From contig OZ076413.1 of the NCBI GenBank assembly GCA_964187785.1, positions 46,812,001-46,876,000 on the forward strand: a stretch of 64,000 nucleotides of DNA, written 5' to 3'. Positions 60,671 to 64,000 of the stretch are shown here, in pieces. The notes beneath the pieces were generated by a model. It was not told the origin of the DNA and made no database searches. It saw only the letters and a list, made by a program, of their open reading frames with translations. The number at the start of each line of letters is the position of its first letter. Within the stretch, counting starts at the first letter, position 1. The stretch is from Amphiscolops sp. MND2022. Its lineage: Eukaryota. The translations under genes and the position numbers were made by a program.

Positions 60671-61699
60671 TTAATATTGCAACAAAACCAATGAAGGTCA
60701 AATCTACAGAGCCTAGAGATGAAAAATGTAGCATAAAAGTTAACGGGCCCAACTTCTGATACCCTACGTTATTTTTCGTTTTCTTAAGCACAGGATTTCA
60801 AAAATAGTCTAGTACTCCCTGCCAATAGCTACTAGAGTATTTTCCACTTGGCGTAGAAGTTGAGGCGAGATTCCCTGCGTGGTTTGTTTCTCTGCGTGTA
60901 CGTGGGTTTGAGTCCGGCGCCGCTGGACCAAAACTTGATGCTGGCAAAAGTAGAAAGGAGACGAAATCGTTCATCCCGTTTTTTTTCGGAGCTAGGCGAC
61001 TTATCTCGGAAAAAAATTTCCCCAAAACTTGGGTTTTTCATTGGGGGTCTTTTCTGTGGTTTTTTGGACGTTTTGAATACAGAAAACACGTTTTTCGAGC
61101 CTAAAGGTTACATTTTTGGCAGTGTGCTATTCCAATTCAATGGAATTTGGGTTGGGAGAAATATCAATTGGCCTCAGAATATCCCCAGCAATGGTACAAA
61201 GCTTGCACTAATTCTGACTTTTCAAAGTAATCGAAAAACGGATGAAACGGAAGGGTTTCCTCCTTGGTTTTTGGCACTGTGCGAATTTTTTCAAACACTT
61301 TTTCCAATTCACCTCATGTAAGTTTTTTAATGTTTCCAAGTAAGAAAATTCGGTTTTCCAGCGTAAAGGGTCACCTCTTGTGTTTTTCTTAAACTCCAGA
61401 AAAAATCCGAAACAATTTCTCACTACTGAGTTTTTTTAATGGTCCATTCCAGAAAAACGTACAACTTGAGTTGACCGAGGAAATTGATACCGTTTTCTGT
61501 TAAGTACATATAACAAAAAATGTTTTATATCGGAACTTTTCATGTTATTCCCAAGCTGTATTAGATACTGCGGGGGAAAAGGCGGAATGTAATACTTTTC
61601 ACATTTTCATTTTAAGTGCACGAACTATTTTTCCGATCAGTGGAGTCTTTTCAAGTATTGAACGTTCCGTGTCAAACAATTGAATTTGGAATGTGTCTT

Positions 61700-62211
61700 T
61701 TTTTAGTCGGCGCTTTTTGTAAAGCAAAAATGCCCGACTCTTACAGTGACCTTTTTTTCTCCAGACCACAGACTTCACACTGAAAAATCCACTTTTTACA
61801 GAAATTAGCAAGGCCAAGTCCGACCAGCGGAAAAATAGTGCAAAGGGTCCCCCTTTCATTTTTTTTACTTTTCTAACGTATCCTACAAATCTGGAAGCGA
61901 CTAAAGGGTCCCCCTTCCGATTTGTCAGGCACTGTGAGACTTTTTCGAAAATTTGGTCCTCCCTCTGAGTTTTTTAATTACTTGCAACAAAATGAATGTT
62001 AATCAAAACTATCCAAATTTTTGACTTAATATACGAAGTGCAGCGCTATATCCGAATTTTTGACGTTAAATCCGAACTATATTGCGTTTTATTCAGGAGG
62101 AGGCGGATGTTCCAAAACAGGTTTTCCATGAAAACGTCATACGCATATTTTAAAAACTGCACTTTTTGAGCGTTAGATTTAGCGCCGACTTTAAATGTTC
62201 CCGTCTTGTTT
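61700..62211 (+). mobile_element. Helentron/DINE-1-like element (AGTCGGCGC family)
   Basis: T-tract, AGTCGGCGC (61705)...GCCCGACT fold-back, distal GCGCCGACT (62182), CTTGTTT end. Confidence 0.78.
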
Positions 62212-62292
62212 CAGAAGGCAGTGCCATTGCCCATGCTGTTTCGTTCCTTCTCAGTATGAATGTTTAGAAAAGAATCAGTTTCGAAATGATTC

Positions 62293-63753
62293 AACAAGAC
62301 GGGAACGTCTAAAGTCGGCACTATACTTTAGACGCAAAGGGTGAAAAAAAAGCGCAAAGATTTTAAAATATGCTCAGAACTTTCATATAAAAAACCCGAA
62401 AAGTGTCGAAACACCCAAAGGGAGCCTTCCGTGCTCGAAAAACGATCGATTCAAAAGTTCGGATATAGCGTGCTGGGCGACATGAGAGCGCTTTTTTCGA
62501 ACCTCGGTCTACTCTATAGTAAAACGCAATTCACTTCGGATATAACGTCATAATTCGGATATAGCGCAAAATTTTCGAACCTCCGCTGCTACATGGTAAA
62601 ACGCATTTTACCACGTCCAAAGTAACCTCCAAAGTTCGGATTTACCGGGGACAAGGGAAGCGCATTTTTTCGAGCCTCTGTCTCTTCCTTCGTAGAACGC
62701 AATATAGTTGAGATATAGCGTCAAAAAATCGGATATAGCGCAATATTTTTCAACCTCGAACTTCTCTTTAGTGAAACGTACCTTACGTCGGATATAACGT
62801 CAAAAATTCAGATATTATTGAAAAATATTGCTTTGAAAAAACAATTTCAGACAAAAATTAGAATTTTGAACGAGTCTCACATCCAATTTGTTGCAAAATA
62901 TCAAAAAAATGAAGGGGGAACCTTTGGCCCTGTCCCATTTTGTATATTACGTTTAAAATGAAATAAATGAAAGTGGAACCCTTTGCACTAACTTAGATGC
63001 GTTTCCGTTGACCGGTCCAGTAGTTTAGTAGTTTCTGTAAAAAGTGTCCACTACACATACATTGTCATCTGACGAAAAAACAAGCCGAGAACGGCCAAAG
63101 TCGGCGCTATATCTAAGGCTCAAAATTGTGAAAGGGGAACTCTTTGGGTTTTGTGAAACTCCAGCTGGTGGCAAAATATGAAAAAAAATGAATTGAACAG
63201 TGTCACAGTGTCAAAAAATGTAAAAGGGGGGACCCTTTGGGCTTTGTGAAACTCCAGCTGGTTGCAAAATATGAAAAAAATTGAAGGGGGGACCCTTTAA
63301 GGACTGAAAAAAATTGCCCCAAAAAATTTTAAAATGTGATTTTTGAACAGTGTCACAGTGCCGAAGAATGTAAAAGGGGGACCCTTTGGGATTTTTTGAC
63401 ATCCATTGTGTTGCAAAATATCGAAAGAAATGAAGGGGGGCTTTGGTGCAATCCAAAAATTTCAAAAGTCGCATAGTGCCGAAAAAAAAGTGGGGCTAAG
63501 GTGGGATCCTTATTGTGTTTTCGAGGTTCTGGACGTGTTTTGTTTTTTCTTTTCGTTTTGGACGTGCTTCTGAGGTTCGAGTGTTTTGAATCTCCATAGT
63601 TCAAGTTGTTGAACAAATGAACAAAAAAGTGGACCTTACGCGTCTAAAAAAAACTATACTGTAAGAGTCGGGCACATTTTCCCCTAAAATGCGCCGACTA
63701 AAAATGCCACTGTAACTGTCGTGCTCATTTTGTTAAAATGCGCCGACTAAAAA
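62293..63753 (-). mobile_element. Helentron-like element with a same-family copy (63078-63704) nested near its end
   Basis: Two AACAAG...AGTCGGC starts (62293, ~63079) and two GCGCCGACTAAAAA ends (63691, 63740); GCCG-agaa-CGGC stem-loop at 63084-95. Confidence 0.75.
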
Positions 63754-64000
63754 TAAAAAATTGTCCAGCGATAGGAAAGTTAACTCATTGGTAGAAAATG
63801 AGTTAGAAAGTTAACTCATTGTTAAATTCCGTTTGTTCCAATGTTTCAATTGACGTGTTTCGCACTTTTCTGTAAGATTTGCTTTCTTAAAGGTCTACTT
63901 TTTTTACAATCTTCAAGCCTAAAAACTAAAGTTCTAACAGGTGGTAAAGGGTATTCCCTATAGGTTTTCTTCACTTTTACATCACAATAAAAAACCAAGA

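Overview
Eukaryotic (animal-like), AT-rich and transposon-dense window with one intact host gene: a 7-coding-exon adiponectin receptor/PAQR gene on the minus strand (CDS 50828->42574, 494 aa as I splice it). The rest is mostly nested, decayed mobile DNA. (1) A minus-strand Ty3/Gypsy element (~1-14.0 kb) has an internal 4.06-kb gag-pol tandem duplication, a truncated integrase and >3.5 kb of decayed extra ORFs downstream. (2) A near-identical 6.03-kb tandem duplication (14944-26995) carries a LINE RT fragment and an IS630/Tc1-like transposase remnant. (3) There is a minus-strand Bel/Pao element (28330-34642) and a plus-strand Ty1/Copia element (35528-40461, TACAG TSD, 5' LTR mostly deleted). 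(4) Several MITEs have identifiable TSDs. (5) At least three families of DINE-1/Helentron-like non-autonomous elements have different subterminal repeats but share internal tandem-repeat modules and tRNA-derived Pol III-like cassettes. An AdipoR intron contains a 130-bp spacerless palindrome next to a ~175-bp-arm inverted duplication. No rRNA, functional tRNA or CRISPR array was seen. All calls are by eye; no searches were run.
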